NCBI RefSeq assembly: GCF_004010195.1
Contig: NW_025214981.1
Span: forward strand, 6,938 to 57,183
Origin: Chiloscyllium plagiosum
Lineage: Eukaryota
Direction: 5' to 3'
Length of the DNA: 50,246 bases
A model generated the notes under the pieces. It saw only the letters and a program-made list of their open reading frames with translations, had not been told where the DNA came from and ran no database searches. The position numbers and the translations under genes were made by a program. Of the stretch, positions 35,316 to 48,084 are shown one piece after another; the first letter of the stretch is position 1; every line of letters begins with the position of its first letter.

Positions 35316-35794
35316 GTAAGATCATTCCAGTGCACAGAGCAGAAAGTAATAAGGGGGATCCATGATATAGAGAAAGTGCTGGAGGGGGAGCACAGTACAG
35401 ACACACCCCAGGCTCAATCACCACGCCTGCTGCAAGTTTTGTTGTAATGAGACAGCATCGGGAGTTCCCAGTTATCAGTCCAGGCCTGTGCTTTCTTAGG
35501 GAGCATCAGAACAACTGAGGGGAAAGCAGGCCTCCCATGAGAGGTTGGTAAAGCTGCCTGGGATCTTTCTGTTCCCCATTCCCTCTCCAACACTGTATCA
35601 ATGGCTTGTATTGAAGACCAGTGCCTTCAATCATTCTAACTCCTATAACAGTTCCTATCTCTGTCATCTCCTCCCCTCTCACCAATTATTTCACATATTT
35701 GAAACCTCCAGTCCAGATGACCATCCTTATCGCTGTACCTTGCTTCAGTTTCTACAACATGCCTTGTCTCGATAGTCTCCTCCTCCAAGAATTG

Positions 35795-38420
35795 GAAACA
35801 TAGGCTCTGTTTCTGTGCGGCATGACTCTTCGGCCAAGGTTCCCTAAATGGAATGAGTTGCGTTTGCCTATGTTTGGCATATATCCCTTCAAATCTTCTC
35901 CTCTCCATGTACCTGCCCAAGTGTCTTTTCCATGTTGTAATTGTACTTGTTTTTACCATTCCGTCTGTGCCTCATCCTCTGTGGATAATGTTACCCCTCA
36001 GCTTCCTCTTTAAATCTTTGCTCTCACACCTCACGTTTATGCCTCCTGCTATGGACTCACCTTCCCTTGGCAATTCACCTTACTTCGGCCCTACATAGTT
36101 TCATAAACCTTTATAACGTCACCCCGTGGCCTCCTCTGCCCAGGAGAAATATAGACGACAATGTTACCAATATCTCCAACTCATGTACTCAATGCTCTGA
36201 CCAATGAAGACAAGTGTACCAATTGTCGCTTTCAACACCCTGTCGCCCTGTGATGCCAGTCCAAGGAATAATGTAACTGCACCCCTTGGTCTCTCCCTTT
36301 TCTACAACACTGTCCATGGCCCAACCATTATCTGTGTTAGTCCTCCCTGGTTTGTCTGAACTAAATCCAACACCTGAATTAAATTCCATCTTTCATTCCT
36401 TGGCCCACTGGCCCAGTTGATTAACATCCCTTTCGATAACTATATTCCCTGCCCACTCTTCCATTAATCTTGGTATCCACAAATATACTAACAGGGACTG
36501 CTATCTTTTCAATCAGATTGTTTATGTAAATGGTGCATACAGCGGTCCCAGCACCAATCCTGACAGCACACTACTGGTCAGAGGCCCCAGTCTGAACAAC
36601 AATCCTCTCCCACCACCCTCTGTCTCCCACTGTCATCCCATTTTGTATCCAGTTGGCTAGCTCTCCCTGATCCCTTGTGATCTACCCTTACTAACCAATG
36701 TATCATGCTACATCCTGAACAAGGGTTTGTGGAAGCCAGAAACAACGTCTGTTGCTCTGCCTTCGTCTATCTTTTTGGTCACATCTTGAGCAAACTCCAG
36801 TCAAGTTTGTGATGTTTTCAGTCATGTTTTCCCATGCACAAAGCCATGCTGGCTGTCCGTAATCAGGCCTTATCTTTCCAAATGCATGTAAGGCCTACCT
36901 CTCAGAATGACCTCCAACAACTGACCCACTCTGATGTCTCGCTCATCAGTCTGTAGTTCCCTGGCTTTCTCTTGCAGACTTTCTTAATTAATGATACAAC
37001 ATTATAATCATAGTCAGAGAGTCAGACCGCACTGTTCGGTTAACGCTAACCATATCTAAAACTGATCTCATCCCACCTGCCTGTTCCGTGATCATATCCC
37101 TTCAAACCTTTCCTATTCCTGTATTAATCCAAATGTCTTTTAAACATTGTCATTGTCCCCATGTTCACCTCTTCCTTGGGAGGTTCATTCCACACACAAC
37201 CCACCCTCTGTGTAACAATGTGCCTCTCATGTCTTTTTTTCATATGTCTCTCCTCTAAACTTAAAAACGTAGTGTCTTGCCTTGAAACTCCCCTGTCCAT
37301 GGGAAAAGACAACTCCCATTAACTCTATCTATCCCCCTCATGATTTTATAAACTTCTATGAGGTCATCTGTCAACATTCAGGTTTCAGTGAAAAATACCA
37401 ACCTCTTCAGCCTTTCTTTACACTGAAGCCTTTTGTATCCAGCCACATCCCAGTAAATCTCCTCCCAACCCTTTCCAGTTTAATAATATCCTTCCTATAA
37501 CTGGGCAATCAGAACTGGACACAGTATTCCAGAAGAGGGCTCACCAATGGCCTGTATAATCTCAATGCGATTTCCCAACTCCTATATCCAAAGGACTGAG
37601 CAATGAAAGCAAGTGAGGCAAGCACCGTTTTTTAAACTATCCTGTCTCTCCATGTTGCAAACTTCAAAGAATTATGTAGCTGAACCCTGAGGTCCCTCTG
37701 TTCTACAACACTACCGAAGGTCCTGCCATTAAGTGTTTCAGCCCTGCACGTGTTTGTTGTTCCAAATGCATTACCTCGCATTTATTCAGATTGAACTCCA
37801 TCTACAGTTTTTCAGCCATTCACACATTTCATCAGGTTCCCTTTGTAATCTCAGAAAACCTTCTTCACTGTCCACAATGCCATCCTCCAGTTTACCAGCC
37901 TATCACACGTAGCACTCTATCGTACAAATATCTCTGTTGGAGGCCCTACAATTTCTTCACCAGCTTCCCAAAATATCCTGAGATACATTTGATCAGGTCC
38001 TGGGGTTTTACCTACCTTTGTGTTTTAAAACCTCCAGCACTTCCTTTTCTATAATGTGGACTCATTTCAAGACATTGAGTCATAGAGATGTACAGCACGG
38101 AAACAGGTCCTTCGGATCAACTCCTGCATGACGTATCTCGTCACATTTGCCACAATTTTGCCAATATTCCTCTGAACCTTTGCTATTCATACACCCATCC
38201 ACATGCCTTTTAAATGTTTTTCTATCAGCTTCCACTATTTGCTCTGGCAACTTATTCCATCCACTCTTTAGACCCTCCACCAATTGTGGAGCCAATTTAC
38301 CAACTTGCCTTGGATCCAATGGGATCTTCCCTTTTGGACCAACCTTCCGTGTGGAACCTTGTCAAAGACCTTCATGAACTCCATATAAACCACATCATCT
38401 GCACTGCCCTCATCAATATC
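35795..38420 (-). mobile_element. Several nested, decayed CR1 LINE fragments
   Basis: 3' tails at ~35797, ~37010 and ~38080; MEFNSG, TMFKRHLD, IDEGSADDVVYMEFMKVFDKVPHG. Confidence 0.8.
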
Positions 38421-38460
38421 AGACGACAGTCGTCTAGCAAATCCATACAGACAATCCCTA

Positions 38461-39918
38461 ATGAAATTGTGGGTGTATCCGTTTTTGCCGAATACATTGT
38501 ACAGGTATTCTTCCTCTTTTTGCCGTTCTGGTGTACTGCAGTGTGTTGTGGCCCTTTTGAACAGTGTCTTGATGCAATTTCTTTTGTGTGCGTTGGGTGG
38601 TTGCTTTCGTAGTTCAGGACTTGGTCTGTGTGTGTGACTTTCCTATATACCTTTGTGGTGAATTCTCCGTTCGGTGTTCTCTGTACCATCACGTATAGGA
38701 ATGGGAGTTGGTTGTCCTTTCCTTCCTCTCTCGTGAATCGGATTCCTGTGAGTGTGGCGTTGATGATCCGGTGTGTGTTCTCTACTTCTATGTTTTTAAT
38801 TATTGCAAAGGTGTCTTTCTCTGGCTAGGGTTTTGTCGATAGAAGTGAACAGTGCCGTTACATCGAATGAGACCATAGTTACTTCCTTGTCTATGTGTAT
38901 ATTTTTGATGATGTCCAAGAATTCCTGTGTTGACTGTGTCGAGTGTCTGGATCTGCAGATCATGTGTTTCGGTTTCTGCTGTCGTTCTTTAGCCAGTTTG
39001 TGTGATGGTGTCCATGGTCGTGATACTATAGGTCTGAGTGGGATGTCTGGTTTGTGCACTTTCGGTAGTGCATAGAATCTGAGGGTGTCGTTACTTTCAG
39101 GTTTAATTCTCTGTAGGTCAAACCTGGTTATCTGTCCGTCTTTTTTTTGATGATTTCTCAGTGTGTTGTTTATCCTATTGTTGAGCTGCGGGGTGGGGTC
39201 AAACTCACGCAATTTCATCCACAGATGCCTCAGGGAAAGACAACGGAATGAAGACACGCCACAACCCAAAGGACTAGCCACACTACCATACATCAAGAAC
39301 ATTTCGGAACTGACAGCCAGACTACTGCGACCACTAGGACTCATAACAGCACACAAACCAACAGCCACTCTCAGACAACAACTCACCAGAACGAAAGACC
39401 CGATACCCAGCATGAGCAAAACCAATGAACTGTACAAAATCCCATGCAAGGACTGCACAAAACACTACATAGGACAAACAGGAAGACAGCTAACGATCCG
39501 CATCCATGAACACCAACTAGCCACGAAACGACACGACCAGCTATCCTTAGTAGCCACACACGCAGATGACAAGCAACGTGAGTTCGACTGGGACAACACT
39601 CCTATTTTCGGACAAGCCAAACAGAGAACGGCCAGGGAATTCCTAGAGGCATGGCACTCATCCACAGATTCAATCAATAAGCACATCGACCTGGACCCAA
39701 TATACCGGCCAATGCATCGGACAGCTGGAACTGACAACCGGAAGCGGCAGATGCAAATCACTATAGTTGCCAGAGGAAACATCACAGAAGCGCTTCACAG
39801 GAGGCTCCCTGAGTATGTCACCGAGACAGGGGACGAAACGTCTGCAACACAAATTCCCAACTCGGCGAACAGAACCACAACAACGAGCACCCGTGCGTCA
39901 AATCTTCTCACAAACTTT
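38461..39918. mobile_element. Poseidon/Penelope-type PLE with inverted 5' part (RT on minus, 38461-39207) and GIY-YIG plus terminal repeat on plus (39208-39918)
   Basis: Minus: FYALPKVHKPDIPLRPIVS, MVSFDVTALFTSI, LPFLYVMV, VYRKVTHTDQVLNYESNHP. Plus: TLPYIKNISE, LYKIPCKDCTKHYIGQTGRQLTIRIHEH..VATHA, REFLEAWHS. Confidence 0.93.
39809..39842 (+). ncRNA. Hammerhead-like motif in Poseidon-type PLE terminal repeat (G8 position reads T)
   Basis: CTGAGTA-T-GTCACC-GAGACA-GGGGAC-GAAAC-GTC; helix II pairs 5 of 6 positions. Confidence 0.65.
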
Positions 39919-40164
39919 GAAGCCCTTTAGGCTCTACAAAGCTCCGTCATGAACAAGCCACCACCTCTCTATTTCCTTTGCCTTCTTCGGTGTCTGCAAC
40001 TCTCGCTGTATTTTCCGGTAACATTCTTTAGTCACTGCAGGTCTGCCTAGCTCCCAGATAACCTGTTTCATCCCCTACAGCTCCCTCAATCACGGTAACA
40101 CCCTCTGCTCTGTCCAATCCTCCTCTTTCCCACTGTCTTCCAGGCACAACGGCGATCCTGTAAG

Positions 40165-40530
40165 AGAGCAGTGCGGAATAAATCTCAGCTGAGGCTTGAG
40201 TCCTACCATTACCTGAGAGTCACAAGAGGAGAGAACCTGAGCGAGTGCAGCACAGAGCGGAAGAATATAAATCAGCAGCGATGGTCAAGGCCGACTCGGA
40301 CTTGGATTTGGATAAAAAACAGCAGGAGGCTCGAAATCAGCACCGAGTCACAGAGTGAGTGACCGTGAGAGGGAACAACTTGGAGCAGGAGCTTGAGGCT
40401 GACTCACTCCTGGGAGAATATAAATCAGCACTGAGGATCGAGGCCTAGTTATACCTGGGAGTCACAGAGACGGTGACCCTGTGAGGGAGCAGATTGGAGT
40501 GAGAGCTGGACGATTACAAGTCCGAGGAGA
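40165..40530 (+). repeat. Imperfect internal repeats with TATAAA, possibly a LINE 5'UTR
   Basis: agaatataaatcagca at ~40262 and ~40415; gagtcaca occurs three times; gaggct-type segments recur. Confidence 0.45.
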
Positions 40531-40534
40531 GACA

Positions 40535-43500
40535 TCACTGTGTGTGCACGTGTCCTCCCTTGTTCTGTGTTTGTATGCATGTGTGTCCCCTTCCCTCGCT
40601 GTGTGTGTATAACTCTCCTCATTGTGTGTGTTTGTCCCTCCCTCACTGTGTGTAAGCATGTCCCTCCCTCACTGTGTGTGTACGTGTCCCTCCCTCACTG
40701 TGTGTGTACGTGTCCCTCCTTCACTGTGTGTGTGTGCATGTCCCTCCCTCACTGGGTGTGTGTTTTTGTGTGTGCGTATGTCTGCGTGTCTCCCTCCCTC
40801 ACTTTGTATGTGTGTCCCCTCGCTGTGTGTGTGTGTATCCCATCTCGCTTTCTGAGCACATGTCCCATCCTTACTGTCTCTGCGTGTCTCAACATCGTTG
40901 TGTGTGTGCGTGTTCCACCCTCGCTGTGTCTGTGTGTGTCCCTCTTGCTGTGAGTGTGTGTGCCCCTCTTGGAGTCTGTGAGGGTGTCCTCCCCTCGCTC
41001 TGTATGTGTGTGTATGCGTATCACTCACTCACTGTGTGTCTGTGTGTCCCTCCCTCGCTGTGTGAGTATGTGTGTGTGCGTGTCTCTCTCTCACTGTGTA
41101 CGTGTCCCTCTCTCACTGTGTGCGTGTCACTCTTGCTCTGTGTGTCCCTCGCTGTGTGTGCGTGTCCCTCCCTTGCTGTGTGTGCGCGTGTCCCACCCTT
41201 GCTGTGTGTGTGTGTGTGTGTGTGCGTGTCCCACCCTTGCTGTGTGTGTGCGCGTGTCCCACCCTTGCTGTGTGTGTGCGCGCATGTCCCACCCTCGCTG
41301 TGTGTGTGTGCGTGTCCCACCCTCGCTGTGTGAGTTTGTGTGCGTGTCCCACCCTCGCTGTGTGTGTGTGCATGTCCCACCCTCGCTGTGTGTGTGTGTG
41401 TCCCACCCTCGCTGTGTGTGTGTGTGTGTGTGTCCCACCCTCGCTGTATGTGTGTGTGTCCCTCCCTCGCTGTGTGTGTGTGCGTGCCCCTCCCTCGCTG
41501 TTAGTGCGTGTCCCTCCCTCGTTGTGTTTGTATATGTCCCTCGCTCGCTGTGTTTGTGCATGTCTCTCACTCTTGCAGTGTGTGCGTGTCCCCCTCGCTG
41601 TGTGTAAGCGTGTTCCTCCCTCGCTGTGTGTGAGCGTGTTCCTCCCTCGCTGTTTGTGAGCGTGTTCCTCCCTCGCTGTGTGTAAGCGTGTTCCTCCCTC
41701 GCTGTGTGTGAGCGTGTCCCTCCTTCGCTGTGTGAGCGTGTCCCTCCTTCGCTGTTGTGTGTGTGTTCCTCCCTCGCTGTGTGTGTGTATCCCTCCCACG
41801 CTGTGTATATGTCCCTCCCTCACTGTGAGTGCATGTCTTTCACTCTTGCAGTGTTTGCATGTCCCCCTCACTGTGTATGTGTGTCCCTCCCTCGCTGTGT
41901 GTGAGCATGACCCTCCCTCGCTGTGTGTGTGCGTGTCCCCCACTGGCGTTGTGTGTGCGTGGCCCTCCCTCGCTGTGTGTGCATGTGTCTCCCCCTCGTT
42001 GGGTGTGCGCATGTCCGTCTCTTGCTCTGTGCGTGTGTTTATGTTTGAGTGTGTCCCTCCCTCACTGTGTGTGCATGTCCCTTCCTGGCTGTGTGTTCGT
42101 GATCCTCTCTCGCTGTGTGTGTCTGTAATTTTGTGCTTGTGCATGCGCGTGTCCCTCCCTCGCTGTATGTGCGTGTTCCCCCTTGCTGTGAGTATGTGTG
42201 TCCCTGTTGCAGTGTATGTGTATCCCTCTAGCAGTGTATGTGATTGCTCTTCCCTTGCTCTGTGTGTGTGTGAGTATGTGTGTCCCTCCCTCGCTGTGTG
42301 TCTGCGTGTATCCCCTTAACTGTGTATATGTGTGCGTGTCCCTCCCTCGCTTTGTGTGTGTGTGTGTGTCCCTCCCTTGCTCTTTGTGTATATCCCCCTC
42401 ACTGTGTGTGCTCATCTCCCCTTGCTGTGTGAGTGCATGACCCCGTTGCTGTGTGTGCGTGTGTCCCTCCCTCACCGTGTCTGTGCGTGTCCCCGCTCGC
42501 TGTGTATGAGCGTGCCCTTACCTCGCTGCGTGTCTCAGCAAGCCGCTCGCTGTGTGTGTGTGTGTGTGTGTGTTTGTGTGCGCGCGCGCGCGTGTCCCTT
42601 CCTCGTGTGTGTGTGTACGTGTCATACCATCACAGTATGTGTTTGTGTGTTGCCCGTTCGCTGCGTGGCCCTCACTCGCTGTTTGTGTGTGTGTCACTCC
42701 CTCGCGTTGAGTGTATGTATCTCTCTCTCTTTCTGTGTGTGTACACGTCTCACCCTCGCTCTGTGTGTGTGCGTGCGTGTCCGTCCCTCGCTGTGTGTGT
42801 GCATGTCCCTCCCTCGCTGTGTGTGTCCATATCCCTCCCTCGCTGTGTGTGTGCGTGTCCCTCCCTTGCTGTGTGTGTGCGTGTCCCTCCCTCTCTGTGT
42901 GTGTGCGTCTCCCCCCTCGCTGTGTGTGTGTATGTGCCTCTCCCTCGTTGTGTGCGTGTGCGTGTTCCCACCCTCGCTGACTGTGTGTGTGTGTGTGTGT
43001 CCCTCCCTTGCTGTGTATGTGTGTGTCCCTCCCTCGCTGTGTATGTGTTAGTTCCCCCGTGTGTGTGTATCCCCCTTGCTGTGCGTGTGTGAGTGCATGT
43101 CCCCCCTTGCTGTGTGTGCGTGTCCCTCCCACGATGTGTGTGCATGTCCTTCCCTCCCTCGCTCTGTGTTTGTGTGTGTGTGTGCGTTTTCCTCCCTCGC
43201 TGTGTCCCTCCTTCGCTGTGTGTGTGTCCCTCGCTCGCTGTGTGTGTGTGTCTCTCGCTCGCTGTGTGTGTGTCCCTCCGTCGCTGTGTGTGTGTGTCCC
43301 TCCGTTGCTGTGTGTGTGCGTCCCTCCCTCGCTGTGTGTGTGTGCGCGTCCCTCTGTCGCTGTGTGTGCGCATCCCTCCCTCGCTGTGCATGTGCATGTT
43401 CCTCCCTTGCTGCATGTCTCAGCAAGTCCCCCGCTCGCTGTGTGTCCCCCGCTCGCTGTGTGTGTCTCTCGCTCACTGTGTGTGTGTGTATGTGTGTGTG

Positions 43501-44687
43501 TGTGCGTGTTCCTCCCTCGCTGTGCGTGTCCCTCCCTCGCTGTGCGTGTCCCTCCCTCGCTGTGTGTGTCCCTCGCTCACTGTGTGTGTGTGCATCTCTT
43601 GCTTGCTGTGTGTCCCTCGCTCGTTGTGTGTGTCTCTTGCTCACTGTGTGTGTGTATGTGTGTGTGTCCCTCCCTCGCTGTGTGTGTGTGTGTGTGTGTG
43701 TGTGCGCGTCGCTCGCTTGCTGTGTGTGTGTGTTTCCCTTCCTCTCGTGTTTACGTGTCACACTCTCACATTATGTGTTTGTGTGTCCCCCTTCGTTGCG
43801 TGTTCCTCACTCGCTGTGTCTGTGCGTGCCCCTCCCTCACTCTGTGTGTGAGAGTGTGTCTCCCTGCCTTGCTGTGAGTGTGCGTCCCCCTCCTCGCTGT
43901 GTGTGTGTGTGTCTCCCTCCCTCGCTGTGAGTGTGCGTGTGTCCCCTCGCTGTGTGTGTGTCCCTCCTCACTGTGTATGTGTGTGTGTGTGTGTGTGCCC
44001 CTGCTTCGCTATGTGTCTACGTGTATCCCCTTAACTGTGTGTATGTGTGCGTGTCCCTCCCTTGCTTTGTGTGTGTGTGTGACCCTCTTGCTGTGTGCCT
44101 GTGTTTGTGTGCTTGCGCATGCGCGTTTCACTCCCTCGGCTGTGAGTGTGTGTCCCTCTTGCAGTGTATGTGAGTGCCCCTCCCTCGCTATATGTGTGTC
44201 TGTGTGTGTGTGTGTATGTGTGTGTATGCGTGTCACTCCCTCACTGTGGGTCTGTGTGTCCCTCTCACGCTGTATGTGTGTGTGTGTGTGTCCCTGCCTC
44301 GCTATGTGTCTGCGTGTATCCCCTTAACTGTGTGTATGTGTGCGTGTCCCTACCTTGCTTTTTGTGTATATCCCCCTCACCGTGTGTGTGCACCTCCCCT
44401 CGGTGTGTGAGTGCATGTCCTCCCTTGCTGTGTGTGCGTGTGTCCTTCCCTCGCCGTGTCTGTGCATGTCCCCCTCGCTGTGTATGCGTGCCCCCTCTCA
44501 ATTTCTCTGCACATGCCCTCCCCCTCGCTGTGTGTGTGCTTATCCCTCCTTCCCTGTGTGTGTGTGCCCCTCCCTCGCTGTGTGTGTTTGTGTCTGACCC
44601 TCCCTCGCTGTGTGTGTACATGTCTTTTGCTTGTTGTGTGTGCGTGTCCCTCCCTCGCTGTGTGTGTGCATGTCCTTCCCTCCCTCG

Positions 44688-44723
<36 letters not shown>

Positions 44724-45139
44724 ACGTTTCACTCCCTCGCTGTTTGTGTGTCTCTTGCTCGCTGTGTGCATGTGTCTCTCTCTCGCTGTGTGTACGTGTC
44801 TCTCTCTCACTGTGTGTACGTGTCCATCCCTCGCTGTGTGTGCGCGTGTCCTCCCTCGATCTGCGTGTGCGTGTTCCTCCCTCTCTGCATGTCTCAGCAA
44901 GTCCCTCCCTTGCTGTGTGTGTCCCTCGCTCACTGTGTGTCTGTGTGTGTGTGTGTTTCTCACTTGCTGTGTGTGTGTCTCTTCCTCATTGTGTGTGTGT
45001 ATGTGTCACACCCTCACAGTATGTGTTTGTGTGTGTCCCCCTTTGCTGCGTGTCCTTCACTCGCTGGTTGCGTGTGTGTCACTCCCTCGCGTTGTGTGTA
45101 TGTGTCTCTCTCGCTCTGTGTGTGCGGCTCCTTCCCTCC

Positions 45140-45174
<35 letters not shown>

Positions 45175-46416
45175 CGTCCTTCCCTTGCTGTGTATGTGTG
45201 TGTCCCTCCCTCGATCTGTGTGTGTGCATGTCCCTCCCTCGCTGTGTGTGCACGTGTCACTCCCTTGCTGTGTGTGTGTGTCCCTCCCTTGCTCTTTGTG
45301 CATATCCTCCTCACTGTATGTGCGCATCTCCTCTCGGTGTGTGAGTTCATGACCCCCCGTTCTGTGTGTGCATGTGTCCCTCCCTTGCTGTGCCTGTGCG
45401 TGTCCTCTCTCACTGTGTGTGCGTGTGTCCCTCTCAATTTCTGTGCACATGCCCTCCCCTCGCCGTGTGTCTGCTTGTCCCTCCTTCCCTGTGTGTGTGC
45501 GTATCCCTCCATCGCTGTGTGTGCTTGTCCCTCCCTCGCTGTGTATCTGCGCATCCCTCACTCACTGCATGTCTCAGCAAGACCCTCGCTCGCTGTGTGT
45601 GCGTGTGTCCCTTCCTCGCTGTTTGTGTGTACGTGTCACATCCTCACTGTATGTGTTTTGTGCCCCCCTTCACTGCGTGTCCCTCACTCGCTGTTTGTGT
45701 GTGTGTCACTCCATCGCGTTGTGTGTATGTTTCTCTCTCTCGCTGTGTGTGTGGGTATCCCTCCCTCGCTCTATGTGTGTTTATGTGCGTGTCCCTCCCT
45801 GTGTGTGTGTGCGTGTATGTGTGTGTGTGTGTGTGTAAGTTTGTCTCCCTCCCACGCTGTGAGTGTGCGGGTCCTCCTCGCTGTGTGTGTGCATATCCCA
45901 CTTCGCTGTATCTATGTATGTGTCTGTCCCTCCCTCGCTGTGTGTGTACATGTCCCCCCTCACTGTATCGTTTGTGTGTGTCCGTCCCTCCCTCGCTCTG
46001 TGTGTGTTTGTGCATGGCCCTCCCTTGCTCTGTGTGTGTGTGTACGTGTCCCCCCTCACTGTATCGTGTGTGTGTGTCCGTCCCTCCCTCGGTGTGTGTG
46101 TGTGTGTATGTGTGTCCCTCCCTCACTCTGTGTGTGTGGTCCCACCCTCGCTGTCTGTGTGTGTGTATGTGTCCCTCCCTCGCTGCATATGTGTGAGTTT
46201 CCCCTACTTGCTGTGTATGTGTGTGTGTGTGTCCCTCTTGCTGTGAATGTGTGTGCGTGGCCCTCCCTCGCTGCGTGTGCATGTGTCTCCACCTCGTTGT
46301 GTTTGCGCATATCCCTCCCTTGCTCTGTGTGTGTGTTTGAGTGTGACTCTCCCTCGCTGTGTGTGCATGTTCCTCCCTGGCTGTGTGTGCGCGTGTGCCT
46401 CACTTGCTGTATGTGT

Positions 46417-46447
<31 letters not shown>

Positions 46448-48006
46448 GCTGTGTATGTGCGTGACCCTCCCTCGCTGTGCATGTGAGAGCTTCCCCCCTT
46501 GCTCTGTGAGTGTGTGTGCGTCCCTCGTTGCTGTGTGTGCGTGTGTCCCTCCTCACTGGATGTGTGTGTGTGGACGCGTCCCTCCCTCACGGTGTGTGTG
46601 TGTGTGTGTGTGTGTTCCTCTCTCGGTGTGTGTCTGTGTGTGTGTGTCTCCCTCGCTCTGTGTGTGTGTGTGTGTGTCTCCCTCGCTCTGTGTGTGTCCC
46701 TCCCTTGCTGTGTATGTGCGTGTCCCTCCCTTGCTGTGTATGTGTGAGTTCCCCCCATTGCTCTGTGCGCGCGCGCGCGTGTGTGTGTGTGTGTGTGTTT
46801 GTGTGTGTACTTGGCCCTCCCTCGTTGTGTGAGCATGTGTCTCCCCACTTTCTGTGTGTGCGTGTGTCCCTCTCTTGCTCTCTGTGTGTGTCCCTCCCTC
46901 GCTGTGTTTCATGTCCCTCTCTCGCTGTGTGTGTGCGTGTCCCTCTCTCGCTGTGTGTATCTGTGTTTGTTTGCTTCCTCATGCGCGTGTCGCTCCTCCG
47001 CTGTGTGTACATGTCCCTCCCTCGCTGTGTGTGTGCGTGTGTGTGTGTGGCCCTCACTCCCTCGCGCGTGTGTGTCCCTCTCTCGCTGTGTGTCTGTGTT
47101 TGTGTGCTTCCTCATGCACGTTTCACTCTCTCGCTGTCTGTGTGTGTGTGTGTCCCTCCCTCGCTCTGTGTGTGTGTGTGTGTGTGTCTTGCTGTGCATG
47201 TGTGTGGGGGGCCCTTCCTCGCTGTGTGTGCGCGTGTCCCTCTCTCACTGTGTGTGTCTGTGCTTGTGTGCTTCCTCATGGGCGTGTCGCTCCCTCACTA
47301 AGTGTGCGTGTCCCTCCCTCGCTGTCGGTGGATGTGTGTGTGTTTGGTCCCACCCTCGCTGTCTGTGTATGCGTGTCCCTCCCTTGCTGTGTGTGCATGC
47401 GTGTTCTTCCCTCGCTGTGTATGTGTGAGGTACCCACTTGCTCTGTGTGTGTGTGTCTCTTGCTGTGCGTGTGTGTGTGTCCCTCCCTCGCTGTGTGTGT
47501 GTGTACGTCCCCCTTGCTGTGTGTGTGCATGTCCCTCCCTTGCTCTCTGTGTGTGTGTGTCACCCCTTGCTGTGTGTGTCCCTCCTCACTGTGTGTGGGT
47601 GTGTCCTTCCCTCACGGTGTGTGTGTGTGTGTGTGGTCCCACCCTCGCTGTCTGTGTATGCGTGTCCCTGCCTTGCTGTGTGTGCATTCGTGTTCTTCCC
47701 TCGCTGTGTATGTGTGAGGTACCCAGTTGCTCTGTGTGTGTGTGTGTCTCTTGCTGTGCGTGTGTGCGCGTGTCCCTCTCTTGCTCTCTGTGTATGTCCC
47801 TCCTTCGCTGTGTATGCATGTCCCTCTCTCGCTGTGTGTGTCTGTGTTTGTTTGCTTCCTCATGCGCGTGTCGCTCCTCCGCTTTGTGTGCATGTCCCTC
47901 CCTCGCTGTGTGTGTGTCCCTCTCTCGCTGTGTGTCTGTGTTTTTGTGCGTCCCCATGTTCGTTTCGCACTCTCGCTGTCTGTGTCTATGTGTCCCTACC
48001 TCGCTC

Positions 48007-48037
<31 letters not shown>

Positions 48038-48050
48038 GTCCCTCCCTCGC

Positions 48051-48084
<34 letters not shown>

